The translations under genes and the position numbers were made by a program. Positions 11,330 to 23,290 of a DNA stretch of 49,519 bases are shown here, piece after piece (positions within the stretch are counted from its first letter, which is position 1; each line of letters starts with the position of its first letter). The stretch comes from Octopus bimaculoides (Eukaryota): NCBI RefSeq assembly GCF_001194135.2, contig NC_068983.1, forward strand, positions 97,666,974 to 97,716,492, given 5' to 3'. The notes beneath the pieces were generated by a model, which was not told the DNA's origin, did not search any database, and saw only the letters and a program-made list of their open reading frames with translations.

Positions 11330-13897
11330 ATCGCTTCTCGGAAATTATATCAAAGGAAATTATATCAAAGTGTGAAGAGCTTATATAATTCAGTACACAT
11401 TGTGCAGTTCAGATTAGGGGCTCAACATCTAACTTTTTCCTAGTTGGATCCGGAGGCCACCTTTAACACATATTCTACGCATCAAGGAATGCTTCAACTG
11501 TATTAAGTGTTTCATTCATCAGTGTCATGCTGACAACATATTAATGATGGTGTACTTTGTGGTGGACTTTCCCAGTGTTGATTAGTCCATAAGCCGCTTG
11601 AAACCAGGTTTTTCCACCTCAACCCATGAAAAGGAAACAATCGAATTGCTTTTGGATTCCATGGATGAGTTTTTCCTGACCCAACTTGTTCTCGAACCAA
11701 CAAGGTGTTACAAAATACCTTAGACCAAGTGTTCAGTAAGCACACTGACACTATCCACAATATTGCAGTGGCAAAAAACATCACTACTCTCAGACTATGA
11801 CATAGTTCTCTATAATCCTAGATTCTACAATCTAAAGATCAAACCCAATGACATCTCTCCAGTACATCCATTTGACACTATAGATCTTCATAATGCAGAC
11901 TGGGATGCGATCAATCATGATTTTTACAAGTTGATTGGGCCTTCATGCACACACCCTACAACCAGCATAAATATGTCATGGCAGACATTTGTAGAAACTG
12001 TAACATCTATATGCACAAAACATACCCCATTAAGATCAGTAAACAAATCTAAGTGCAGAATCCCTAGAAATAGAAGATCAATTATCAGAAAAATAAAAAG
12101 AATTACCAAGAAAATCAACTAGCTTAAATACTGCCAACAACAATTCACCCATTCGACTGCGATTGCATCATTCGAATCGAAAAAACACAACCCCGAAAAA
12201 GGCATGATGACCATCATTGACAAGCAAAGAAAAAAAAACATGAAGTCACTGTTTTCAGGGTTGGTCCACTGGTTGATGAGAGGAACATTCTACATGATGC
12301 AAAATCCATGTGCGAGATACTGCAGAAACAATGCTGCTCTGTTTTCAGTAAAGCGAATGCGATTGATCTGGCTAGTATCAGTGATGTAAACCCTTAACTA
12401 ACCATATCTGACATAACTTTTTGGTGCTCCTGATATCCTAACAGAAATACATAAGATCGAGCACAACTCGGCAGTAGGTCCCTATAAGTTCCCGGCCACT
12501 GTTCTGAAGATGTGTCGACATCAGATTGCACCCCCTCAAGCTGAGCTCTGGAGGAACTCACTTGATGCAAGCTACATTCCTGATCATTTTCATTTCCAGT
12601 CTGTCGTTCCAGTTTTCAAAATGGGAAACAAAACCCTTGCAGCGAAATACCGTCCGATTTCACTCACTTCTCATATCATTAAAATATTTGAGAGGGTATT
12701 GAAATTTCAAACAACCCACTTCCTCGAAGACAACAATCTGCTGAGCCCCAATCAGCATATTTTCCGTGATGGCAGGGACTGCCTAACGCAGCTTCTGCAC
12801 CATTTTGTTGACATTTTAAAAACTTTGGAAGTAGGCTCCAAACACTGGTGTCATATACCTTGATTTCAGCAAGGCATTTGACAGAGTGGACCACAAACTC
12901 CTACTAAAGAAACTGTCCAGCATTGGAGTCCGTGGAAAGCTGTTGTAGGGGATAGGTTGTTTCCTGACGAACAGAACCCAACATTTTGTGTTTGAGGGAA
13001 TCAGATCAAGCTCAACCAAAGTCATTAGTCTTGTCCCACAAGGTACTCTGTTGGGCCCACTCCACTTCATTGTCTATGTCAAATACATAGTGGACGTAGT
13101 CAGACATTGTACATTTTTGCAGATGATTCCAAGCTCCAGAAGGCCATAAATGGTGTGAGAGACCGAACATGCCTTCAGTCGGATCTATTTGTTGTTCTCC
13201 AATGGGCGGAAAAGAACAATATTCTTCTAAATGAAGATAAGTTTAATTTGATCCACTTTGGAAAAGAGGATACTTTGAAACTACCATATGCCCTTCCCTC
13301 GGGCGACTCCCTAGTTTCATCCAACAACACCAGAGACTTTGGAGTAATTGTTGATAACAATCTAAGCTGGAGTTCCCATGTAAACAGCAAGGTTGACTTG
13401 GCCCACAAGATGTGCTCCTGGATTCTGAGAACTTTCTGGTCTAGAGAAGCTCACACCATCATCCTTCTCTACTCTACTTTTGCCCGACCCCACCTTGAAT
13501 ACTGTTGACCACTGTGATCTCCCTACACGAAGCAACTCATTTGATAGACGGCATGACAGGCATTGACAATTGAGGTCGACTAAAAAAACTTAATCTCTAC
13601 TTTCTAACGCCGCCATGAGCGCTACATCATTCCATCAATATTGCACAAATGATGTTGGCATCAATTTTAAATCCACTCGAAGCTTGGCTCCCGTGCTATC
13701 CGCCCACTACAAAAATCGAACTCAAGACACAACAACATTACGACAAAAAATCACAGACCAACCTCCTACACCCGGATGTCTCCAACAACAATAACTCTTG
13801 GCTAAAGTGGGCTATGGTGCCCTATATATGACTACAAGACTTCGCCGTGTGGTGCTATTAAGTTAGACATGACCTGGGACTAAGTTATCTAAGTTAT
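11330..13897 (+). mobile_element. Decayed CR1-clade LINE (APE C-terminal part + RT + 3' end), ~2.6 kb
   Basis: APE motifs NILMM..DFPSVD, LVLEPTR..TLDQV, SD. RT motifs YRPISLTSHIIKIFER, YLDFSKAFDRVDH, VPQGTLLGP, IFADDSKL, PHLEYC. Many stops and frameshifts. Ends in a CTAAGTTAT tandem tail. Confidence 0.9.
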
Positions 13898-14360
13898 ATA
13901 ATTCTCTTTTTTCTCTCTCTTCGTTTCCATGAGTTAAAGTTCTTAAAGTCAGTGGCAGTCATGTATTTTGTGAATACCTTTAAGGGTATTCACTTCAAAA
14001 GATTACTATTCTCGAAACTACAAACAAGCTACATCTCATATTTTTTTACATCTTAATAAGAAAACACATTATTTAAAGTTGTATTAATTTTTACTGGGGA
14101 TACGGAGGAAAAATGTCAGAGGCAAAAATATTTTAATGATGACTTCGGTAGAAGAATGTATGACTTTGACGAAGTAATGTACACACACACACACACATTG
14201 TGATACACGTAATTTTTGTTTGCTTTATGTATGGCTGGAATAGGGTGTTATATATATACTGCTGGAATCGGATTTCTGCAATTGGAAGTGATGGCGTGTT
14301 ATATGTATGGCTGAGTATGATGCTGCACCTATGATTTTGACGAAGTGTTGTCTGTATGAC

Positions 14361-14809
14361 TGTCGGGACGGGTCAGGTGTGAGGGCATGCGCTGTTGCAG
14401 CGCGTTGCTACATTCACCAGTTGGTGTGATGTATTCCCGCGTCCTCCTGTGCAATCCGTCGAGTAGCGTTTCACTCAGTCCCCATCACCACGAGATACCT
14501 CCCCTCATCTGCTGTGACCAGGTGGCATGTGGTCGACCAACATGACTCGTCAATCAGCTGGATTTTCAGAGACGAGAACACGGAATGTCGGGTCTAACTT
14601 CGTAAAATGGAGCAACATGGCCAAACAGTCTGACTTGGCGCTCTTGAATCATAGAAGTAACAAGACGCATCCAGTTTCTGAGTACAGTCATTTGTTGGAT
14701 ACGAAATACGACCAATGTTAACCCATAGTCTTGCGAAGCATCTTGGTACCAGAGGTGTTCACACGCTTCTAAGGGCCCCGGATACTGTCCACGTTTCACA
14801 ACTATAGTG
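14361..14809 (-). mobile_element. RTE-clade LINE, 3' segment (sense on minus strand)
   Basis: YSCETWTVSGAL..KRVNTSGTKMLRKTMG..ERQVRLFGHVA..VATRCNSACPHT* followed by a TGACCCG tail. Confidence 0.85.
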
Positions 14810-15573
14810 CGAAATTATCTGCTCGCATGTCAGCGGCCGGAGCAGCCAAGGTTTACGCCAAAGAGATCATCTACTGACAGGATCCTGAATCTTCGTGTAC
14901 TCTTTGAACACAGGCGGAGTTTTCAGCAGGGGCTGCTTACAGCCTTTGTCGACATCCGAAAGGCATTTAATTCGGTGGACAGGTATGTACTTTGGAAGAT
15001 TCTGGAGCTGCGAGGTATACTTCCTCAACTGATTGAGCTGATGATGGCGTAATGCACCGTAACAGTCAATACAGTTCGGATTGGGGACTCAACATCTTTT
15101 TCCCAGTTAGATCTGGTATTCATCAGGGTTGTGTCTTGGCTGCCGCTCTGTTCAATTCCTGCATAGACTGGATAATTGACCAAATGGTGGCTCGGCCGAA
15201 TTGCGATGCACTAACTCGATTTTACTGATGACACAGTTATTTTGGTGAGTCTCTGGATGTCTAACGAAGTGGAACCAGTTGGCCTTAAAGTTTCTTGGGT
15301 TAATATAAAGATCCAGTCTTTTGTTGTCTTCTTGGAGGGCTCCACCTCGTCTTTTTCTGTGGTGGGTGAGAATGAGAAAGTTGTCGACTGCTTCATTTAT
15401 CTCAGCATTGAGACTCATTGTGGCATTAGCTACAAGTCTGAAGTCCCAAAAAGAATTGGACCTGCTAATGTAGTTGCGAACTCATTGGACAAGGTTGTTT
15501 GACGCTGCCGATATCTATGCAGGAGAACAAAGGATCGGGTCTCTAGGTCTCTGGTCCTCCCTTCTTGTTCTAT
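14806..15573 (+). mobile_element. RTE-clade LINE, RT segment inverted relative to its own 3' end
   Basis: RNYLL..QRPEQPRFTPKRSSTDRILNLRVL..FVDIRKAFNSVDR..SGIHQGCVLA..LKVSW..RSLVLP(V)LFY. Confidence 0.9.
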
Positions 15574-15671
15574 ATTTGTGTGATATGGCTACGATAGTAT
15601 CATATAATATACAGTTAGTATGTGAAACAGTATAGTTGTGCTTAGTTGTGTTGCAAGGTAATATTTATATA

Positions 15672-15722
<51 letters not shown>

Positions 15723-15970
15723 NNNNNNNNNNNNNNNNNNNNNNNNNNNNNNNNNNNNNNNNNNNNNNNNNNNNNNNNNNNNNNNNNNNNNNNNNNNNNN
15801 NNNNNNNNNNNNNNNNNNNNNNNNNNNNNNNNNNNNNNNNNNNNNNNNNNNNNNNNNNNNNNNNNNNNNNNNNNNNNNNNNNNNNNNNNNNNNNNNNNNN
15901 NNNNNNNNNNNNNNNNNNNNNNNNNNNNNNNNNNNNNNNNNNNNTATACATACATACATACATACATACA

Positions 15971-16002
<32 letters not shown>

Positions 16003-16766
16003 AAGGCGTGATACGTTGTGTTTAGTTTGGTTATGATAAACTGCTCTCTGTATAACAATGAAGTGGTGTTATATCTATTTCTGTGATGCGATAATGTTTT
16101 TGTTTCTTTTGATGCAATGTCATATTTGTGTCTGCATCAGTGGTAGGATGTTTGTATATGAGTCTATAATAGGATGCTGTACCAAAAAGACAAGATGGCC
16201 GACATTAGCTGCCTAACTCGATTAATATTTCGTTTGTGAAAAGACGGACATTTGTTGAGATATAGCTTATCTCTAAAATTACTGCCAACGTAGTTATACA
16301 AGGATTAAAACGAACTGTCACTCTTCTAAACATTCCAACTTATTCTCACCACACAACCAAAATTAAAAACTACTCTGAAATATTACAAGATTGTTGACAA
16401 GTAGAATTAAAAAATAGCTGAGAATTCTTAAAGCAACAACACCCTTTACTAACCAGCAGAGTGCTATGATAAATCTTTACATAAATTTAGCTGCTACTTT
16501 AGATTATACTTCAACATGTTTTTCTTTGCCTCTTCTTATATTTCTTGCTCCTGCTTCCTCATCTCCTCCTCGTCGTACTCCTCCCTCTTTTCATTTGCCT
16601 TTTTACTGTTATTATATATGTGAATGTGAAAGCAGCTAGACCAATTTGTGTTGGAATAAGTGAATCATTTTGATAGCATTGGCATACACTCTTATCTAGA
16701 CATATGCTGTACTTGTCAGATATCAGCGATTTACACTTATTCACTCGTAAGAAACACACAAACACC

Positions 16767-16809
<43 letters not shown>

Positions 16810-17037
16810 ACATATAGATATATATACACTTACACACATGCACACAGATACACTCGTACTCAGATAACATGTACACATAGTTCCATAGCCGTACTTAAAA
16901 CTATTCACATACATACAGAGAAAAATACAGGCACACGCACAAAAACAGAACGAAAACAGGGATACTCGGGCGTGAGTGTAACCCACTTAATACTGTTAAC
17001 ATGCATGCTTGTTATATTATCATCAATATGACATTTG

Positions 17038-17254
17038 AAGTGGTGAGCTGGCAGAATCGTTAGCACGCTGGACGAAATGCTTAGCAGTATTTCACCTATT
17101 GTTGCGTTCTGAGTTCAAGTTCCACTGAGGTCGACTTTGCCTTTCATACTTTCGGGGTCGATAATTTAAGTGCCAGTGAAACACTGGGGTCGATGTAATC
17201 CACTCACCCCTCTCCCAAATTTCAGGCCTTGTGCCTATAGTAGAAAGGATTATT
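17038..17254 (+). mobile_element. Short tRNA-derived SINE (family S, tail a)
   Basis: A-box-like GAGCTGGCAGAATCGTTAGC, B-box GAGTTCAAG, GTCGACTTTGCCTTTCAT core, tail gccttgtgcctatagtagaaaggattatt. Confidence 0.9.
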
Positions 17255-17266
17255 AATATGGCATAT

Positions 17267-17406
17267 AAGGAGGTGAGTTGGCTAAATCGTTAGCACGCCG
17301 GGCAAAATGCTTAGCGGCATTTCGTCAGGCTTTATGTTCTGAGTTCAAATTCAGCAGAAATTGTCTTTGCTTTTCATCATTTCAGGGTCGATAAAATAAG
17401 TACACC
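17267..17406 (+). mobile_element. Short SINE (family S), 3'-truncated, tandem to the previous copy
   Basis: Head aaggaggtgagttggctaaatcgttagc..gagttcaaattc..gtcgataaaataagtac. Confidence 0.85.
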
Positions 17407-17539
17407 TTGGTTGAGTGTCATGTACTATAACCTTTGGATTGGATTTTGTATACGAAAACTGAAAGAAGGTCGTGATATGTGTACGTGTGTCTGCGTGTGT
17501 GAGTGTGTGTGCATGCGCGCACGTATGTTTGTTATTGAG

Positions 17540-17757
17540 TTTGTGTTTGTCTCTCACCACTGCTGGAAAACCGTTCTTCATGTGTTTACGTCCCCGTAAC
17601 TTAGCGAGCGGTTCGGCAAAGGAACCGATAGAATAAGTACGAGGCTTAAGAAACAAACATTGGGGTCGTTTTCTTCGACTAAAATTTTTCAAAATGGTGT
17701 CCAGCGTGACCAAAGTCTAGTGCGAGAAACAAGTAAAAGCTAAAACAAGACAAAGCT
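17540..17757 (+). mobile_element. Long SINE (family L), 3' half
   Basis: gtgtttacgtccccgtaacttagc..ccgatagaataagtac..ggggtcg..gaaacaagtaaaag. Confidence 0.8.
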
Positions 17758-18468
17758 AATACGAAGAATAAAACACTTGATAATATAGAAATAGATGTTG
17801 CTTAAATATGCATTTATTTCAATATGATACCACGCTATTTTTTAAAGAGTTCTTTTACATTGTCTCTATATCTACATTTTACCAACGTGTTTGGTGCATG
17901 TATGTATGTATGTATGTATGTATGTATATATCCATATATATATTTATATACATATATACTTATACATGTATACATATATATATATATGTGTGTATATANN
18001 NNNNNNNNNNNNNNNNNNNNNNNNNNNNNNNNNNNNNNNNNNNNNNNNNNNNNNNNNNNNNNNNNNNNNNNNNNNNNNNNNNNNNNNNNNNNNNNNNNNN
18101 NNNNNNNNNNNNNNNNNNNNNNNNNNNNNNNNNNNNNNNNNNNNNNNNNNNNNNNNNNNNNNNNNNNNNNNNNNNNNNNNNNNNNNNTATATACATATAT
18201 ATATATTATATATACATGCATACACACACACTCACATGCACACGCATATTTTGCATTTCACGTTATTTACTTCTTTGTTTCCATTTGTCGTCTTCCTGTC
18301 ATATTGAATCTAAAATATTCACTATTTTATCATTTGTCTTTAAAACATGTTCCTTCATCTGCTGCGCTTGTGGCAAAATCTCGAAAAGATCATTATTATT
18401 ATTATTATTATTATTATTACAATTATTATAATCACTAATATTACCATTAGTACTACTACAGCTAATCA

Positions 18469-18981
18469 TTAAATGTTAGTAGAAGTATAGATGTGGCTTT
18501 TCTGATATTGCTTCTCGTAAAAACTAGTGAATTTCAAGGCACAACACAAAATAAATATGGCAGTTAAACAACAGTTAAAGCCTATCATGGCCAATTCTTC
18601 CAAGTAATAACTATACATTGGTTTCACAAATACTTTCAGGCTGATGTTTGAAGTGCTTTCATCTTGCAAACACGTATAAACACCCGAATCAGTGACCTTA
18701 GCATTCTTAATTGTGAGCCGATTTGAAATTTGCTTAATACGTCTGCCACGATGCTTTTTGACTATTTGGTTGTTTGGAAGAAGCCACGTTAGATTCTGTT
18801 TTTTCCATGAATTGCAAATAAAGGAAATAGAGTTTCCTTCTGGAACAGTACTATCTGTTGGTTCAATACTTAAAATATCGGTTGATTGCAAATAAAACGC
18901 CTCGTTTATTCCGATGATAGTAGAGAAACCGGTTATTATGTATAATAGGCTTCTTGTGACAGCAACTTTAGAAAAAGACAT
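18469..18981 (-). CDS. Single-exon type I membrane protein with one I-set immunoglobulin domain (170 aa)
   Basis: Uninterrupted ORF MSFSKV...TSTNI*. Hydrophobic N-terminus (signal peptide, likely cleaved after ...GINEA). Ig hallmarks: LSIEP..VPEGNSISFIC, W, LTIKNAKVTDSGVYTC. TM segment LAMIGFNCCLTAIFILCCAL. N-glycosylation sequons NLT and NIS. The track's start at 19029 is TTG; the first ATG is at 18981. Confidence 0.85.
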   Translation of the reverse strand: MSFSKVAVTRSLLYIITGFSTIIGINEAFYLQSTDILSIEPTDSTVPEGNSISFICNSWKKQNLTWLLPNNQIVKKHRGRRIKQISNRLTIKNAKVTDSGVYTCLQDESTSNISLKVFVKPMYSYYLEELAMIGFNCCLTAIFILCCALKFTSFYEKQYQKSHIYTSTNI

Positions 18982-18986
18982 CTTTT

Positions 18987-19006
18987 CTGGAAAACATGAA
19001 AGAATA
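18987..19006 (-). promoter_or_regulatory. Splice acceptor 5 nt upstream of the Ig-gene ATG (5'UTR intron)
   Basis: Minus strand reads ttctttcatgttttccAG|aaaagATG: pyrimidine tract plus CAG. Confidence 0.65.
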
Positions 19007-19829
19007 TGGTCATTGTCATAATAAAACAAAAAAGTTGTACAGTGTGCATATGTGTGTGTGTATGTGTGTGTGTGTGTGCGTATGTGTATGTNNNNNNNNN
19101 NNNNNNNNNNNNNNNNNNNNNNNNNNNNNNNNNNNNNNNNNNNNNNNNNNNNNNNNNNNNNNNNNNNNNNNNNNNNNNNNNNNNNNNNNNNNNNNNNNNN
19201 NNNNNNNNNNNNNNNNNNNNNNNNNNNNNNNNNNNNNNNNNNNNNNNNNNNNNNNNNNNNNNNNNNNNNNNNNNNNNNNNNNNNNNNNNNNNNNNNNNNN
19301 NNNNNNNNNNNNNNNNNNNNNNNNNNNNNNNNNNNNNNNNNNNNNNNNNNNNNNNNNNNNNNNNNNNNNNNNNNNNNNNNNNNNNNNNNNNNNNNNNNNN
19401 NNNNNNNNNNNNNNNNNNNNNNNNNNNNNNNNNNNNNNNNNNNNNNNNNNNNNNNNNNNNNNNNNNNNNNNNNNNNNNNNNNNNNNNNNNNNNNNNNNNN
19501 NNNNNNNNNNNNNNNNNNNNNNNNNNNNNNNNNNNNNNNNNNNNNNNNNNNNNNNNNNNNNNNNNNNNNNNNNNNNNNNNNNNNNNNNNNNNNNNNNNNN
19601 NNNNNNNNNNNNNNNNNNNNNNNNNNNNNNNNNNNNNNNNNNNNNNNNNNNNNNNNNNNNNNNNNNNNNNNNNNNNNNNNNNNNNNNNNNNNNNNNNNNN
19701 NNNNNNNNNNNNNNNNNNNNNNNNNNNNNNNNNNNNNNNNNNNNNNNNNNNNNNNNNNNNNNNNNNNNNNNNNNNNNNNNNNNNNNNNNNNNNNNNNNNN
19801 NNNNNNNNNGGGTATCTAGATTAATAGAT

Positions 19830-20125
19830 AGATACATTTTTTTATTAGCCACACATGGCTCAACAAAGTGGGACGAATACAATGTAGAGCTTTTCTTTTT
19901 AGGAGGGGGAAGGAAGAGAAAAAAAAGTAGGGGTGGGTGTCGATCAAAAGGGATCGTAGGAAGGAAAACAGGGGGGAGTTCGATCAAAAGGGACCGAGAA
20001 AAAAAAAGCGATCAATAGGGATCGTGTATCACAGTAATGTTCTCGTGTAAAAAGAGGGGAGGACAGTATAGATTTAGCCGTGGAAAGAAAAGCCTACGGA
20101 AAAGACCACGGTAACCTTCGTCAAT
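19830..20125. repeat. Interspersed-repeat-like segment with three CGATCAA(A/T)AGGGA(T/C)CG motifs (possible LINE 3'UTR)
   Basis: Motif copies at ~19940, ~19980 and ~20009. Family assignment from memory only. Confidence 0.3.
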
Positions 20126-20589
20126 ATTGTCATTGCAGAAACTATAACAGTAAGTGACTCTCTTTTGCCTTTTTGTTTTTTGTCTGGATTTTTATATACA
20201 TACATTTAATTACCTGAGCGAACGGATCTGCTTCGCGAAGACACAATTTGGATTATAACACCCTCTATAGACAATGTATATACATGTTTGTACCTATAAT
20301 TTAGTATGTATCCCAATCAAAAAGAATATTTGCAACAGTGACCGTATCGACTCAACTTACCCACACAAGAAATGCAGTCAAGTTTGTTGTTTCTGTGTTG
20401 TCTTCATTTACTATTCTTAAACGGGCTGCAAATGACGTAATTTTAACAATGATGTTAACCGCTAGTATTGTGACGTGTATCACACATTCGTATCATGTAA
20501 CCGCTATGATGACAGTATCTTTAGCACACACCGCCTTAAAACTACATCAGAAACCTTTTCAACCACGGCGTACGAGATTTAGTAGGCTG

Positions 20590-21290
20590 ATGGTTCAGCT
20601 GCACCTTCCCTTCCACACACGACGAGCTTGATGAGCAACGCCTATTCTTGCCAGGATTTTTAAGTGAATTATCGAAAAAATGCAGTTCTCTCATCAGCCT
20701 TCCTGTGTTTACCTTCCCCACGATGCGTCTTTATTGATGATACTCCTCTACCGTAGATGGACTCGTTCTCCTATCGTGGAAGCTCGATCTCTAATACTGG
20801 ACTCTTTGACGAGGAGATGCTCCATCAGATCAACTTGGCCTCTGCACCTTTCAGAAGGCTCAACGAACGAGTCTTTCAAAACAAGAAGCTTAGAGCAAGT
20901 GCAAGGATCTCCGTTTATAAAGTTGTCTCTGCGTCCATCCTCCTGTACGGGTCTGCGCGTTGGACCCTTAATCGGCGCCAGATCAGACAGCAAGAAGTGT
21001 TTCACATTAGATCGCTCCATACCGAAACCCCGCTGAGGCCTGGGATCAAGAACTCTGAGGCATGCGTCTTTAGTCCCCTTCTCCGCTGGGTTGACCATAT
21101 GATCCGGATGCCGGATAGCTGGCTCTCAAAGATGATCCTCTTCAGCGAGATCGAAACTGAAGGTGAGCCTCATGAAAGCCCAAATCTTTGTTTCATGATC
21201 ATCTCAACCGGTTTCTTATCTTATGCGATCTCCCAATTAGTCGGCGATAGGGAAAATAGTGCGCCCTGTTCTCTCCTTATGTGAAAAGTT
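20590..21290 (+). mobile_element. Decayed RTE (BovB-like) LINE fragment
   Basis: DSFSYRGSSISN..DEEMLHQINLASAPFRRLNERVF..VYKVV..ILLYGSARWTL..WVDHMIRMPDSWLSKMILFSE. Confidence 0.8.
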
Positions 21291-21685
21291 AACTTTTGAT
21301 CAATTCGGTAGAAATCGAATAAACACATTCGATTTAATCAATTCCACATTTATCATTGTTCCCAGTGAAAAGGGAATTATACACGCGTTCAATTGTTTTG
21401 GAGGTACTCTAGCTAGTAACTACTGAACCCAAGCTGTAGATTCCTCAGAAGGAAGCGTGTGTAAAAATAATGCCATTGAAATGAGGCGATAATTCCTGTT
21501 GAAAACATTCATTAACTGGAAATGTTGGCAACTGGAATTGACTGACATATGACATCTCTTGGAATGTATGGCACACCAACTTATTGGAGACCGTTGTTGT
21601 AAATGTTTGAAAAATAGCTATTACATACTTCCTTCTAATTTGCCTTTTCCATTTCCTCCTCTTTCTTCTTCTAGTTCTTGTTCTT

Positions 21686-21714
21686 TTCTTCTTCTTCTTC
21701 TTCTTCTTCTTCTT

Positions 21715-21745
<31 letters not shown>

Positions 21746-21804
21746 TTCTTCTTCTCCTTCTTCTTCTTCTCCTTCTCCTTCTCCTTCTTCTTCTTCTTCT
21801 TCTT
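21686..21804. repeat. (CTT)n microsatellite
   Basis: Direct reading. Confidence 0.95.
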
Positions 21805-21919
21805 GATCTTCCAATTCTTCCTGTTACTCCAAGTGCTGTTGTTGTATTAGTGAAATCAGAAGATAATGTGTTGTTGTCTTTATGGAAAATAACAATGTAG
21901 ATTGGTGAATGTCCTGATA

Positions 21920-22400
21920 GCAGTGGTGGTAGTTGGGGTAAGTGTTTCAGTGCCGCTTCTGGGGGTATGGTGGTGGTGGTAGTTGTAGTGGGGGTTATGT
22001 TTCTAGTGGTGGTGGAGATGGTGGTGGTGGTGGTAGTTGTGGTGATGGCGCTGGTGATGGTGGTTGTGTGGTGGTGTTAGCGGTGGCAGTGTCGTTGTCG
22101 ACGACGGTGACGACAACGATAATGACAACGACAACGATTAGGAAGGAGGAAGAGGAGGTGGAAGAGGAGGAGGACGATGACGACGATGATGACGATGATA
22201 ATAACGTCGGTGATGATGGTGGTGGTGGTGGTGTTATTAGTGGGGACGGTGGTGTAGCAGTGGTAACGGCGATGACTATGAAGATGGTGGTTTTCGTGGA
22301 TGAGTGGATGGTGGTGGTGGTGGTGGTGGTGGTGGTGGTAATAACGACAACGACGACGATGATGATTACGAGAATAACGATAGAAGACATGTCGCTGATG
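21920..22400. repeat. Compound trinucleotide repeat (GGT/GAC/GAG/GAT)n
   Basis: Direct reading. Confidence 0.9.
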
Positions 22401-23066
22401 ATGATGGAGTGTTGTTACTTTTATGTATGTTCTTCCCTGGGTGTCATATACTGTCAAAATCATGTGTATGTGTGCGTAAATATCGTATAGATAGATCACA
22501 GCCTATCGACTTCAAACGAAATAAGAAACAAAAAAAGCAAGGAAAGGAAAGTTAAGTCTAGAAAAATAAGACGGAATGGTTAAGCTAAGCAGCTAAGCAT
22601 AGAATTCCTTTGATCATTGGTTTACGTGAACAAGCTTGACTGGAAGCTATGTTACAACACTTTCTGCATATATCACTTCTGGTTCCCTTAGGATACACAA
22701 GTCTATGAAATATAATATCTGATATAAGCTTGGTGTTCGGTGCGATAGCAATGACCAGCAGAAGTTACCTCTGTTGGTCTACAATAGTAGAAATGGATGG
22801 AATGTTTCATGACATCTCTTTGGTGTGTTTCTCTTTTTATGACCTTAGGCTTAATGTCTTCTTTTTTTTTTCTTAATTAAAAATCCCTTCAGTTACAGTT
22901 TTTATCTCTGTATTAAGTTGACTGAGAAGGTTGTCAGTGACAGAAAAAAAGTCGATGAGGGCAAATACGACGAAACCAAACAATAGGGGCACGATCCAGA
23001 ACACAACTGTGTATTATTAATCTTTCTTAACTTTGACTTTTTTTCTTGTTCATATTTATATATGGT

Positions 23067-23285
23067 AAGGCGACGAGCTGGCAGAATCGTTACCCGCCGG
23101 AAAAATTGCTTAGCGACATTTCGTCCGCCTATACGTTCTGAGTTGAAATTCTTCGGAGGTCGACTTTACCTTTCATTATTTCAGGATCCATAAAATAAGT
23201 ATCAGTTGAGTATTTGGGTCGATGTAATCGATTTATCCCCTTCCCCAAAACTGCTGGCATTGTGCCAAAATTTGAAGTCAATATT
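23067..23285 (+). mobile_element. Short SINE (family S, tail b)
   Basis: aaggcgacgagctggcagaatcgtta..; tail gctggcattgtgccaaaatttgaagtcaatatt. Confidence 0.9.
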
Positions 23286-23290
23286 CTTAT

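Noticed and set aside
16190-16205. YY1-like AAGATGGCCG (also near 48455) as promoter marks
   Set aside because: Isolated short motifs expected by chance in 50 kb, with no supporting context.
18472-18535. ITIM/ITAM in the Ig protein tail
   Set aside because: The tyrosines (FYEKQ, QYQKS, IYTST) lack the +3 hydrophobic residue.
18982-19029. 16-aa N-terminal extension of the Ig ORF given by the track
   Set aside because: It starts at TTG and spans a clear polypyrimidine/AG acceptor; the ATG at 18981 places the signal peptide at the N-terminus.
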